64,000 nt of DNA, taken from the NCBI RefSeq assembly GCF_009914755.1, contig NC_060936.1. The stretch is one strand, 5' to 3'. The position numbers were made by a program, and so were the translations under genes. The stretch's first letter is position 1. The number at the start of each line of letters is the position of its first letter. The DNA is from the human T2T-CHM13v2.0 reference genome, Homo sapiens. This document shows, piece after piece, positions 15,211-27,280 of this stretch. The notes below the pieces were generated by a model that saw nothing but the letters and a program-made list of their open reading frames with translations, ran no database searches and was not told where the DNA came from.

Positions 15211-17439
15211 AAAAGTGAGTTCTTTACTTACTTTTCAAGCAGAGGCAAGGTCCAACAAGATCTAAGACACAAGCTACAGAGCTTCCAGCCTCACCCCCTC
15301 ATTGCCCCTCACCTGCCCTCCCCAGAGTGCCTTTTCTCTAGATAGGGGCCATCCCCAAGATAGAGTTAGGCCCAAATAGCATTCATTGCTGGGGTTTGAG
15401 GAATTTGTGGGCCACCTTTTCCCCATTGAGTCCCCATCGTAGTTTCCTTCCAGACAGAGCCTCAACTTCTTGCCATCCTGAGCTACTAATTTCTAAGTTG
15501 AAAAAAGCCAATCACAAGTTGAACAAGTGGGCTCCTTAAAACGCAGTGTATCCCTTGCCAGATAAATGTCAAAACTTTCTGGCCAGTTATTTCATGATTT
15601 TGGTGAAGACTCTCGTCTGTAAGGAGATCATTTCACTTTAAAAACTAACAGAAGAGGTGGCCATTTGCGGTTCATCTTTCATAAGGTTGCAGAGGTGACA
15701 TGATTCCAAGGATAAGCCTAGCTCTTTCTTATATGAATGAGATGGGGGTTTGCTTCAGTCCTGAGATGTCTATTTGTCTTTTGAAATGCATATTGAGCTT
15801 GCTTTTTATAGTCTGGGCTGTGCAACCAAAAAGAAAAAAAAGAAAAGAAATCATGTAATAGGAAGATGCCTGGATCCTAGTTCCACTATGCTTAAATCTT
15901 CAAATTTGACACAAGGATTTTTAAATAATTTACTTCGAAAGGATGGTACAGAAGAATCACGTCATTAAAAATAGAGGTCATGGAACTTCAAAAAGAGTTT
16001 CCTTTTCTCTTCCTCCCCCTTGCATTCTTCCTCCCTCTCCCCACCCCCGGAGAAAAAAGAAAACAGTCAACCCGATTCACTTATGTGCTTTGAAAACCTT
16101 CCCCTCTCCGCCACTGGTTACCCAGGGAAGGTAATGTAAGCAAGAAGACCTGTAAGCAGCGATTGATCCTTCAGCATTATTCTGCTAAATGTATATCTTC
16201 TTTCCTGCTTCATTTCTGTCTCATTTAGAGAGCATCTGATGGCAGTGTCTGATTTTGAAGCGTATGTATTCCGTGTGTATTGTATTTGAAATCCTTTGAA
16301 AGAGGACTAAATCAGGTTATACAGTTTGAGGGTCTTTACTGTAATTAAACAGACCTCAATATATACTGTATGTCTGATTTTGAGTGGCCTACTTATACCC
16401 TTGTTGCCAACAGAAAAAAATCCTAATCCATTCTAGTAGTCTAGCCGCTGCCTCGGGTGCTGCTTTCTGGCCGAGGAGCGTAATGATGCTGTCATTTTTC
16501 CCATCATTACCTGATCATGTGTGCTGGGTTGAGTGGGAGGGAGCATGGGCGTCGTTGGAGGAAGTCGCTCTTTAATGAGCCACACAATGAAGGCTAGGTA
16601 ATTAGAGCAGTTCAGAACCTTGAAACTGGCCTTTTGTCAGGGATTTGCACATTAGTGAGGCATTGCTATGGGGATGTTTACAGCACGACTGTTGTTCTAC
16701 AGAAGACACTAAGGGCATAAGTCACAAAAGAGAGGTCCAAAAGGAAGACTTCAGGAAGAAGAAAATCCCTATTAAGGTAATTAGCTCATAGAGGATGTTT
16801 CACTGGACAGTCATTTCTCGTGTGAAGCCACAGCCTCCCCTTTTTGCTACCTTTGCCCTAAAAAAGCCGTTCATTTTATTGTTGTTCACGTCAAGTTTCT
16901 ACCTTTGCAAATTGTTCAGATACAAGGTAAGGTAAGGTTTTATACACACACATGCACGTTGGAACATTTTAAATGATGGAGAAGTATTTAATAATAGAGA
17001 AGATTAAAGGGCTTTCTGGAATATGAATCAGTACATATGGAAATTTAAAATAGATTAGCTTGGATCGGAGTCATTGGGTAATGTACTAGTCAGGAGAAGA
17101 AGCGAAAGGTACCCCCGTTAAATGCATTTCCCCAATTTAATGAAAGCATGAACATGATTCCTAGATAAATTACATCAACCCAAGCACATTAAAAACGTAA
17201 TTTTTGAACTCGAATGCATTAAATAGGTCTTTAGATAATCTTTTAAGAAAAAGTAACTCACCAAGTTTGTATTTGTACTGTTAACGGATCAAATACAGGT
17301 TAAGCACCCTGCGTCCCCTCATCATAACATCAACTGTGCATTTGTGAGGGTTAGTCTTCTCCCATTCTCCTCCTCAGGAAACTCTGTCTGCATAGTTACC
17401 ACCACCACGTGCACATTCTCAGCCTCAGTTCTTGCTTTT

Positions 17440-17990
17440 CTTTTCTAAAATAATACAAGCTTTATTTTACTGATTGCAAAAATGATCCCTGCTCATTGTA
17501 AAACATTCAAAAGTTACCACAAATATAAAGTGAGTCACATTAATTCCCACCACCCAGAGATGACCACTATTAACATTTTGGTGACTCTTTCAAGATTCTG
17601 ATAAGGGCAGAAAAATACAAATATACACACAAAAAACTTAAAATTTTACGTATGATTTTGGGGGCTCCATACACTTACAAAACTTGTTTGAGGGCCCCCT
17701 TGGGACCATGCTGATCAACAAACTGCTTTTTTCACCTCACAGTTTGTCCTATACACCTTCCATTTCAATAAATGTGTGTCCACAACAGCAGGTCTAATGG
17801 CTTCACAGTCTTCTTCTATCTAAATGTCCCAGTGGACATTTGCATATTCTCACCTTATGCTGTTATAAATAGTGTGGCTGTCAGCATTCTTGTGCACATA
17901 CCTTTGCCACTTTTGGGATTACAAAATCAAAGAATATGCACATTTACAGTTTTTACACACACTGTCTTACTGCCCTCCAGAATGGCCAAT
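17440..17990 (-). mobile_element. Ancient L1M (L1ME-like) 3' fragment
   Basis: cacccagagatgaccactattaacattttggtg; tgctgttataaatagtgtggctgtcagcattcttgtgcac. Confidence 0.5.
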
Positions 17991-19053
17991 CCTTTGTTCA
18001 CTAAGGAATCCCCCTTCAATTCCTGGTCAGCACCCGATCTTCCAAGCCTCAGTTGCTATTCTTCTTGGACTCATTTTCCTCCTCGTTAACTGTGAGGACC
18101 TAGTTTTCTACCTGTTAAGAGTCAGGATTTGTACTGGATACCTACTGTCCTAGCTGCTGCAGACCCTTGAGGTGTAGGGTAAGGTTGTATTTTGGTCTGA
18201 AACCTGAAAGAATAATTCACTTTCTCCCCAGGGACCCTTCTACAGTTGTAGCCATTGATTAAGAACTAAGTTCAGTTTACCAGCTCTTCCAGAAAGAAGA
18301 GAAATTAAAGTCCTAATTGGAATATGAGGCAAAGTGGTTAGGAACATGGACTGTTGTTGCTAGGGTTAAGTGGGAACATATGTGCACATGCACACATACA
18401 CACATTTCTTAGTTTTGCACAAGGGACAACATGTTGTAAGTATAGTACCTCCAACACTCATAGAAATCACCAAGCCTGAAGAGCACTAGACAAGTTACCA
18501 TTTGATTGAATACCACTGTCCTATTCAAAAGTCTTGTCTTTTCCATCAGACTTTACGTATCTCAGTGACAGAAATCAAGTTATAATTGTTGAGCGCCTTG
18601 CCTAGAATAATATACTGCTAGTATAGTTGATGCTTATCAAATACATGGAGATTGATTGAATTGGTTTAAAACTCTTTAAACAATGAAAAAAATTTAAATC
18701 TGAGTAAATTTCCCAATGGTTCAGATTTCTGGAGCTCTTTCAAAACAGTATATTGGCAAATGTTTTACATTTTAAGGAGAAAGGGCTGGATGTGTGGTAA
18801 CAACTGACTCAACTTGCATGCTTTAAACACTGGAGGGAATGGTGTTTGTTTCCTCTTTTCTTTTGCTTCCTTGGATGTTTCTTTTTTTCTGGGCACATAC
18901 GTACTTATATGATAGTGCAACTGAACACTTAGGAATAGAAAGATAATTTGATAGAATGATAATAGAACTTTATAGAGACCATTCTCACTTCCTACGTGGA
19001 GGCCTTTGTTTCCGAGTTGCTGTCTGTCTAACGCTTGCTGACTTGCGTTTCAG

Positions 19054-19183
19054 GTGCCATTACTGCAAGTCATCCTGCCACGTGTCTTCCCTCCGTATTC
19101 CGTATGCCTGCAAGCTGCTCTTCCAGGAACTACAGTCTATGAACATCATCCCCAGGTTAAAACTGTCCAAGTACAACGAATGA
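19054..19183 (+). CDS. POLR3B: POLR3B terminal coding exon (exon 28) to TGA
   Basis: gcgtttcag| then [42 protein letters not shown], with the second CxxC and the '[11 protein letters not shown]' C-terminal motif. Confidence 0.98.
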
Positions 19184-19832
19184 GGATGGAAAAAATGATT
19201 ATTAAAGAGAACAAGTGATACATCCAATGCAACGGAAAGCAGAAGGGATTTAGGACTACGTCTCCTCCTGTGAAGAATTCCCTTGCGTATTCTCTCTCTA
19301 AAACAACCAAAAAAAAATGGAGAGGCTTTTTATATACTCTAAGACTGGCTAAACAACCTTGATCATTGAGCCTCGAGCCATGGGAGAGATGCTGACCATG
19401 TGGACTGCAAGGCTGCTTGATTCACAGATGGATGTGACCTAAAGGATAAATAAGCTATTACTTATGTGCTGATCTCTTGACATTCACTCATTAGAAGACC
19501 TTACTCCTTCAAGCAAATGTTTGGGGTCAGATTTACCATATCTTCTGGCTAACCATATTCAAGATTCTTCTGAAACTTGGAGGATGTAAAGAATCCATTT
19601 GATTTGGTCAGCCTGGCTTTTGTCGTGGTGGCTGGCTCGGATAAATTTTCCCAACAATTAAATCTTGCCTTTACACACCCAAACTTTGTAATTTTAGTCT
19701 TGGTGAAATATAATGAATTTGTTCCTACCTTGTCAAGCAAGAATGTCGTCTTCTCCTATGGACTCAATTGCTATTATTTTAAACCTGCATGATTGTACCA
19801 TGCAATACTATTCGTTAAATATCTGAATCTAA
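19184..19832 (+). other. POLR3B: POLR3B 3' UTR (3' end inferred)
   Basis: Repeat-free sequence after the stop. The end is inferred from TGTA (~19794), GTTAAA (19814-19819) and a downstream GU/U-rich tract. Confidence 0.65.
19814..19819 (+). terminator. Candidate non-canonical polyadenylation signal (GTTAAA)
   Basis: One mismatch from ATTAAA, with an upstream UGUA and a downstream gtggctgctttgtc. I saw no AATAAA between the stop codon and 20281. Confidence 0.45.
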
Positions 19833-20402
19833 CCCCGTGGCTGCTTTGTCATGCTCTGTCCCTTCCATGCCTGCCAGGATGCTAGCTGTCCATTTCATTT
19901 TTAATCTGACAGACTTCCTTACTCATTTCTAATTTGTTCTCAACTGCTGCCCCAAAGCCAGATAAACATTTGTGTTAAGGATTGTTTGTAAAATCAGAGT
20001 CAGAAACACTTTGAGTAATGGCCTAAGCCTTCATTCCCAGCATGTCACACTGAAGATGTTCAACAGAATATTAATAGGTATTATATACCAACAAGAATCA
20101 AGCTCCTATGTCAAACTAAGGTTGAGAAACGGGGTAACCAAGTTAAACATTCCACAGGACTTTTTCAAAGCCCTTAAAGATCCCAAGCTAATGTGTACTG
20201 GGTTTCAAAAGAGGGATGTTCCAGGGACCGAGGCTAGTCATTGACTTGAGAACTCAACCTCACTTCTTCTTTTTCTTCACAATAAAAAATTTCTAACACA
20301 CGTGGGTATAACAGTCATAGCGGTATCAGTGAAAGCAGAATGAAAGACACTGCAGGTGAGCAGGCCTTCCTCAGCCCTCATGGCAGGGACTCAATAGGTA
20401 TT

Positions 20403-20707
<305 letters not shown>

Positions 20708-21721
20708 TCAATATGTATTTCAACAGGTATTTCAAAAAGGAGTTTGAATGTTCAGATCTTTGCTATGCCAATTCCTTTTTTTAACCTAGCTTATAGTTCT
20801 CAAAACTGATGGTACATAAGGATTGCCGTACTGGATTAAATGTACAATCATACTGTACTTTGTGGGCTTTTTAAGGAGTTTTCTAGGGTGATCCTGATTA
20901 TCTCACATCGTGTAGCAAATCCACTTCCCAAATCCATTTGCCCTGCAGTGTGGGACACACCATTTCAGTGAACACTCAGAGGGTCAGGCTGGAAGAGTTA
21001 AAGGCAGTGTGCTGGGTGCTGGCAGGAGGACTTCATCGTTCATCATTCAGTACCTGCCACGTACAAGGCACTGGACTAAGGATAAAAGAACAGGACAGGG
21101 CCTCTGCCTGACCGAGGACATAGTCCAGTGGAGGAGGCCAAGATATATGTGCTGGTCATGGAGCACTGCCCTGCAGTCAGTGCTGAGGATTAACCTCGGC
21201 AGTGCTGAGGGAGTGCCCAGGGCAAAGCAGCCAACAGTGCTCTGAAGATTTGGAAACACTTCACAAGTGTGAGTATGCCCTTTATACATGAAGAAACTGA
21301 CGCCCTGAGTAGCTAAGTGACTCCCCAGAGCCTCACTGCTAACAAGGGGGACAGCAAGGGCCTTGGGACCAGGCATTCTCACATGCAGGGCTTTGTTCTG
21401 GTTTTATCTGTGATTATATATTTTTCAGTCACCAAAAGTGATAGTTTTTAAAAAAATTCAGATGCCCTTGAATGGTTGTATCTTTTATAAATGAACATCC
21501 TTCTCAGGAAACCATTCCAAGCCAGTCTAATCTTTCTGAGGGAGTCACCTTTCTAAGTGTCTAGGAAATTCTAAGTTTACAAGATCTAGAAAGTATGGGT
21601 TTTCAAGTCGAGACATCCTTAAAGGAAAAAATTCTATCAGATTGATATCTCAAAAATTAGCAACTGCCACATTTGAATAGCTATTTGACTCTGAGAAATA
21701 CTTTAATGAAAAGCAGCCAGA

Positions 21722-21858
21722 CACCAGGCATGGTAGCAGGCACTTGTAGTTCCAGCTACTCAGGAGGCTGAGGCGAGAAGGTCATTTCAGCCTACGAGTT
21801 TGAGACCATCCTGGGCAACACAGCAAGACCCCATCTCTAGGGAAAAAAAAAAAAAAAA
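21722..21858 (+). mobile_element. FLAM-type Alu monomer
   Basis: Single arm plus A tail; TSD aaaagcagccaga on both sides. Confidence 0.85.
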
Positions 21859-22309
21859 AGCAGCCAGATTTGGTAAGCTAGTCCCACTACGGTTTTATTT
21901 ATTTGTAAGTTAAAAACAATTAACTTACAAATAACTTTAATAGTTATTTTTTATTTAAAGAGTTTATTTAAACTTTATTTAAAGAGTTGTTTATAAATAA
22001 TTAGATTTTCTTTTCCAGTAATGATAGAGTAACCTTTTACAGACCACCCTCAAAGCACTTTTTTCCCTCCAGTCTTTTGCGAGGCTGGAAGTGGCACAGG
22101 ATGAGGCTGAAAAGCCACACCAAAGCCATTGAAGAGGCTGTGACCCTGACATGAGCTTTGACAGAATCAAAGGGCTGGGGAGACAAGACTGTGGGCACAA
22201 AATTGCCCAGATGCCAGGATCAGAGAGGTCAAGATCCCATATAGAAAGGAAGTACATTGAAGTGAGCTCAGCTTCTTCACAACTCTTCTGGATTTGCCAG
22301 CTCCAGCTA

Positions 22310-22679
22310 ATAAAATGTGAAATCACTGACTGGGTGGATTTAAACGACAGAGATGTATTTTCTCACATTTCAAGAGGCTCAAAAGTCCAAGACAAAAGAT
22401 GTGCACAGGGTTAGGTCTAGTGGGCCTCTCTTCCTGGCTGCTTGTGGCCACCTTCTCACTGCAGCCTCACGTGGCCTTTCCTTGGTACACAATAAGGGAG
22501 CATGTGAGTGAGCTCAGGTGTCACTTTTTAGGATGCCAGTCCTGTTGGATCAGGGTCCCACTCATATGTCTTCATTCAACCTTAATTATTCTCTTAAGGG
22601 CCCTATCTCCAAATGGGATCATGCTGCGGGCTAGGGCTGCAACATGTGAATTTGGGGACACACAGTTCAGTCCATCATA
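22310..22679 (-). mobile_element. MLT1 (MLT1B-like) MaLR solo LTR
   Basis: gactgggtggatttaaacgacag...ccctatctccaaat...gaatttggggacacacagttcagtccatca. Confidence 0.75.
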
Positions 22680-22903
22680 CCCCTGAAGACATTTGCCAAT
22701 TCATAACAGCACGGATGGAACTTGGCAGTATCTATTAAAGCTAAACATACTCAGCAATTCCATTCCTAGCTGTGGGCCAGCAGAAATATGAGTGTGTTAT
22801 CAGTATGTGTGTACAAAAATGTTTCTAGCAGCATTATTTATAGTAGCCCAGGTTGTAAATAATCCCTGCCTATTAACAACAGAATAAATTGTGGGATGGT
22901 CAT

Positions 22904-23290
22904 TGATATGGCTTGGCTGTTATGCCCCACCCAAATCTCATCTCGAATTGGAATCCGCACGTGTCAAGGGAGGGATGTGTAACCCCCACGTGTTGAGGGA
23001 AGGAAGTGATTGGATTATGGGGGCGGTTTCCCCAATGCTGTTCTCGTGATAGTGAGTGAATTCTCACGAGATCTGATGGTTTTATAAATGGTAATTTTTT
23101 TCTTTGCTCTCCCACTCTCTCTCTTGCCTGCTCCATGTTAAGACTCGTCTTCTTCCCCCTCTACCATGATTTTAAGTTTCCTGAGGACTCCACAGGCATG
23201 CAGAACTGTGAGTCAATTAAACCTCTTTCCTTTGTAAATTACCCAGTCTTGAGTAGTATCTTTATAGCAGTGTGAGAATGGATGAATACA
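22904..23290 (+). mobile_element. THE1 (THE1D-like) solo LTR
   Basis: tgatatggcttggctg...gcagtgtgagaatggatgaataca; TG..CA ends; TSD gtcat/gtgat. Confidence 0.9.
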
Positions 23291-23389
23291 GTGATACAAT
23301 GGAATACTATACAGCAATGAAAAATGAGCTGCTGCTACCTATAATATCATAGGTAATCTCACAAATATAATATAGGGCAAAACAATTTA

Positions 23390-23752
<363 letters not shown>

Positions 23753-24049
23753 TTAAGATATAATATGAACAGTCATAAGATTTCCCTGTGCAGAGTGGGG
23801 TGGCTAATGGCTAAGAGGTGCAAGAGTGGGGCTTCTAGGATGCTGGTAATATTTTTTTGACCTGAGTGCTGATTACGTGGGTGTGTTCATTTTATGAAAA
23901 TGCATTAAGCCATATTCACTGAGGACTTTTTACCTTTCTGAATGTACATCATTGTTTAATAAGTTTTTTTAATCTTTACCAGGTGACTTAAGAGTTTAAG
24001 AATACAAGCTCTAAACCTGTGTTTCAGTCTCTTCACATAATAGATACGT

Positions 24050-24215
24050 CACTCCAAATATAACATATTGTGTTCTTTTAGTTTTCCCATCTTCAAAATA
24101 GGGAATATAATAGTACCAACACCTGGGGCTATTTTTAAGATTAAATGAGATAACGCATCTAAAGGGCTTACCACAGTGCCTGGCACAAAAGAGGTGTTCA
24201 CAAATGTTTGTTATT
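24050..24215 (+). mobile_element. MIR
   Basis: agttttcccatcttcaaaatagggaat...gattaaatgagataacgc...cacagtgcctggcaca. Confidence 0.75.
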
Positions 24216-25534
24216 GCCTTCATTGATGATAACCAGTAATCATATCATACACCTTATTAACAGCACTGCCAGGACTGGCAGTGTACAACTGTACAACTTC
24301 ATCAGGCAAGGGTTAGGAAAGGCAAACCCTGAGTTTCCTTTCGAAGAGAGTTTGGAAACTAGGACCAAGTGCAGAACCCATAGGATTTTGCAAAAGCGAT
24401 TTGTGAAAGCTGCCCTGTTTAACAATGATGGGCGGAAGGAAGGTGGTGGACTTAGTGAGCACACTTCCCTGGAACAACCATTTTAGCACTGACATCAAAG
24501 TGAGGCCTGTCGTCGGCGCGGGAGTCCCAGAATGGTTTCATGAAACCCACAGAACGTTCTCAAAATGCTTCCATGTGGTGAGAGTCAAGTAAAGGATTGA
24601 AAAAAACACAGAAGTCCTTGATTGGGTGCTACATAATGGGATAGTTTTCAGCTGCTTCAGAGCATTTTGGCTAACACCTTTATTTGCAGTAATGAACCAC
24701 ATGAGGGTGAGCACATTAGGGCTGGTGGCTGGGCCCATCCGTTCTCCGCCGTCTGAGTAATAGAGGAGCCAGTTTCGGAGAGACCTGTAAATAATTCCAT
24801 TGTGAAACGGATGATCAGAAAAGTGACTGTAAAAGTAGCACCTCTTTACCATCCATATTTACTCCATATGTGTCTTGAAAACAGTTTATTTCATTTGTTG
24901 ACCAAAAGTTGATTTTTACTACTTCAGCCCACAGGGCCAAGATTAGTGGGAAATTAATGCCAAGCTTTAAAAAGGCAGTTTTAAATGGGGGGAAAAAGTA
25001 GTAGCAATCTAGAAGTATATAGATTACTAATGCCAAGCTACCAGTTTGAGTTTTAGAAAGAGGCTTCAGAAGCAGTGAAGAGATTTGCTTCAGCAAATCA
25101 GTCTTGATCAGGATGTCACGGCAGAAAATCTCAGCACAACCAGACACTCACATTTTTACTCACAAGTCAAACATCTCACACCATGCTCAAAGTATTTTTC
25201 AAGGTCAGGTAATAGCTCTCGTTCCATGCATAATAAATTTTAAGTCTGGCTAACTCCCAGTCATCCACATTAATGGAGGCAAGGTGTGATGTGAATCAAT
25301 TAAAACATGATGAATTCAACATCTTTTGTATTGGATGCTGGGATGAAGTTTGCAGGCACATTTTTAATATAGCTTGCATGGTGGTTTGGTGAGTTTGCTG
25401 TACTTCAAATAGTGACTCCTAGGAACACTGTATTTGAAGAAAGTGGAATAATAATGTCTTTTCTGGCTAAGTAATGACAGATCTTTGGAGTGGGGGGGGT
25501 GGTTAGCCACACTCAACTGGGATGCCTCTAGGCC

Positions 25535-25670
25535 ACTAGTATTCAAAGTTTGGTCGCTGAACCAGCAACATCAGCATCACCTGGAAACTTGATAGAAATG
25601 CACATTCTCAGGCCCCTCCCCAAACCTGCTCAGAAAATCTGCTGGAGAGGCTCAGCAATCTGGGTCTGGA
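25535..25670. mobile_element. MER5A
   Basis: ccagcaacatcagcatcacctggaaacttgatagaaatgcacattctcaggcccctcccc. Confidence 0.8.
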
Positions 25671-25948
25671 GGTTTCCGCTTTCTCCCTCTAGCTTCCTTT
25701 CCACTCCCTGCTACTCCCATAAAGATATCCCACTTCAAAGGGGGCCTAAGTGAGTGCTTGGAAGGCCACGGTTTCTCTTCCTATCTCAACTGGTCATGTC
25801 AGTCTGCTGTCCAAGTCCTTGAAGGGATGGGACAGCATCGCCTCTCCCACAGCAAAGCCCTGAAGTCAGCAGAGACGCTCTGGGTGCTGCACAGCTTCCT
25901 TGGCACCTGCAGGGGTGGTTTGGTGCTGGGATTTTTCAGCTCTCTTTG

Positions 25949-26430
<482 letters not shown>

Positions 26431-26519
26431 CTTTAGAGTATGACCAGCCTTAGGGCTGCTGTCCTAAAAATGAGTTGGCAGTGGTATTATCAACAAAGAA
26501 GGAGCCAAGGTGCTTCCAC

Positions 26520-26705
26520 TAATAAGCTGAGTCTCAACTTTCTAATCTGTTCAGTGGGTATATAATACCTCCCCACCTAATGACCTATGTGGGCTTACAC
26601 AGGAGTAAGAATAGTACTTACCCCATAGGTTTGCTGTGATTAATAAATGAGTTAATTCAAGTGAGGCACTTAGAACAGGGCCTACCCCATGCTACACACT
26701 TGATA
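26520..26705 (+). mobile_element. MIR fragments
   Basis: aatagtacttaccccataggtttgctgtgattaataaatgagttaat...gcacttagaacagggcct. Confidence 0.65.
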
Positions 26706-26750
26706 GAGATTCGCTTTTCTTTCTTTGTATGTGTAAACTTCAAACTAGGC

Positions 26751-26959
26751 CAGTTTCTCAAGCTTGGCACTACTCACATTTGGGGCTGGCTAATTCTCTG
26801 TTGTGGGGCTGTCCTGTGCATTGTGGGATGTTCAGCAACATGCCTGGCTGCCACCCACTAGATGCCAGTAATGTACCCTAATCATGACAATTAAAAATGT
26901 CTCCAGACATCGCCCAACATTCCCTGCCGGGAAAAATCACCCCCAGTTTAGAACCACTG
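26751..26959 (-). mobile_element. MER20
   Basis: cagtttctcaa...aaaaatgtctccagacat...agaaccactg; TSD aactaggc/aactagac. Confidence 0.88.
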
Positions 26960-27129
26960 AACTAGACAATGTGTATGAAAGTGTTTTAAATTCCAGAGCA
27001 ATTGAGAACAGTCTCAGCAAATCTTTTGCAGCTTTGTCCTCAGGAAACTGATAGCCAATCTGCTTCTGGATAATTGAGGGACTGTATTAACAAATGTGAA
27101 CATGAATGCAAACCCTTGTTTTTTCTTCA

Positions 27130-27280
27130 TGTATCAGTTGTCATGGCATCAGATCAAGCTGCTGTCAATCATTTGTTGGTCATTAAGTTAAATAAGTTTC
27201 ATTCCTGTTGTACACTGTACTTTTATAGATCTGTTGGTAATGTTATAGTCATAAAAATAAGATCAATCATAATCTCCGTT
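27130..27280. promoter_or_regulatory. Candidate developmental enhancer: X-box-like, PBX-MEIS, HOX/CDX and PBX motifs
   Basis: GTTGTCATGGCATC 27137-27150; CTGTCAATCA 27162-27171; GTCATAAAA 27248-27256; ATCAATCA 27262-27269; all in repeat-free DNA. Confidence 0.5.

Noticed and set aside
16005-16050. Minus-strand G-quadruplex
   Set aside because: The fourth G-run needs a ~14-nt loop; a common low-complexity purine tract.
16483-16514. Possible C/D-box snoRNA (ATGATGC...CTGA)
   Set aside because: Imperfect C box, only about 30 nt between the boxes, and no terminal stem.
18956-19053. ATG-initiated extension of the last exon (75-aa ORF)
   Set aside because: Intronic read-through; no promoter evidence and no strong alternative acceptor.
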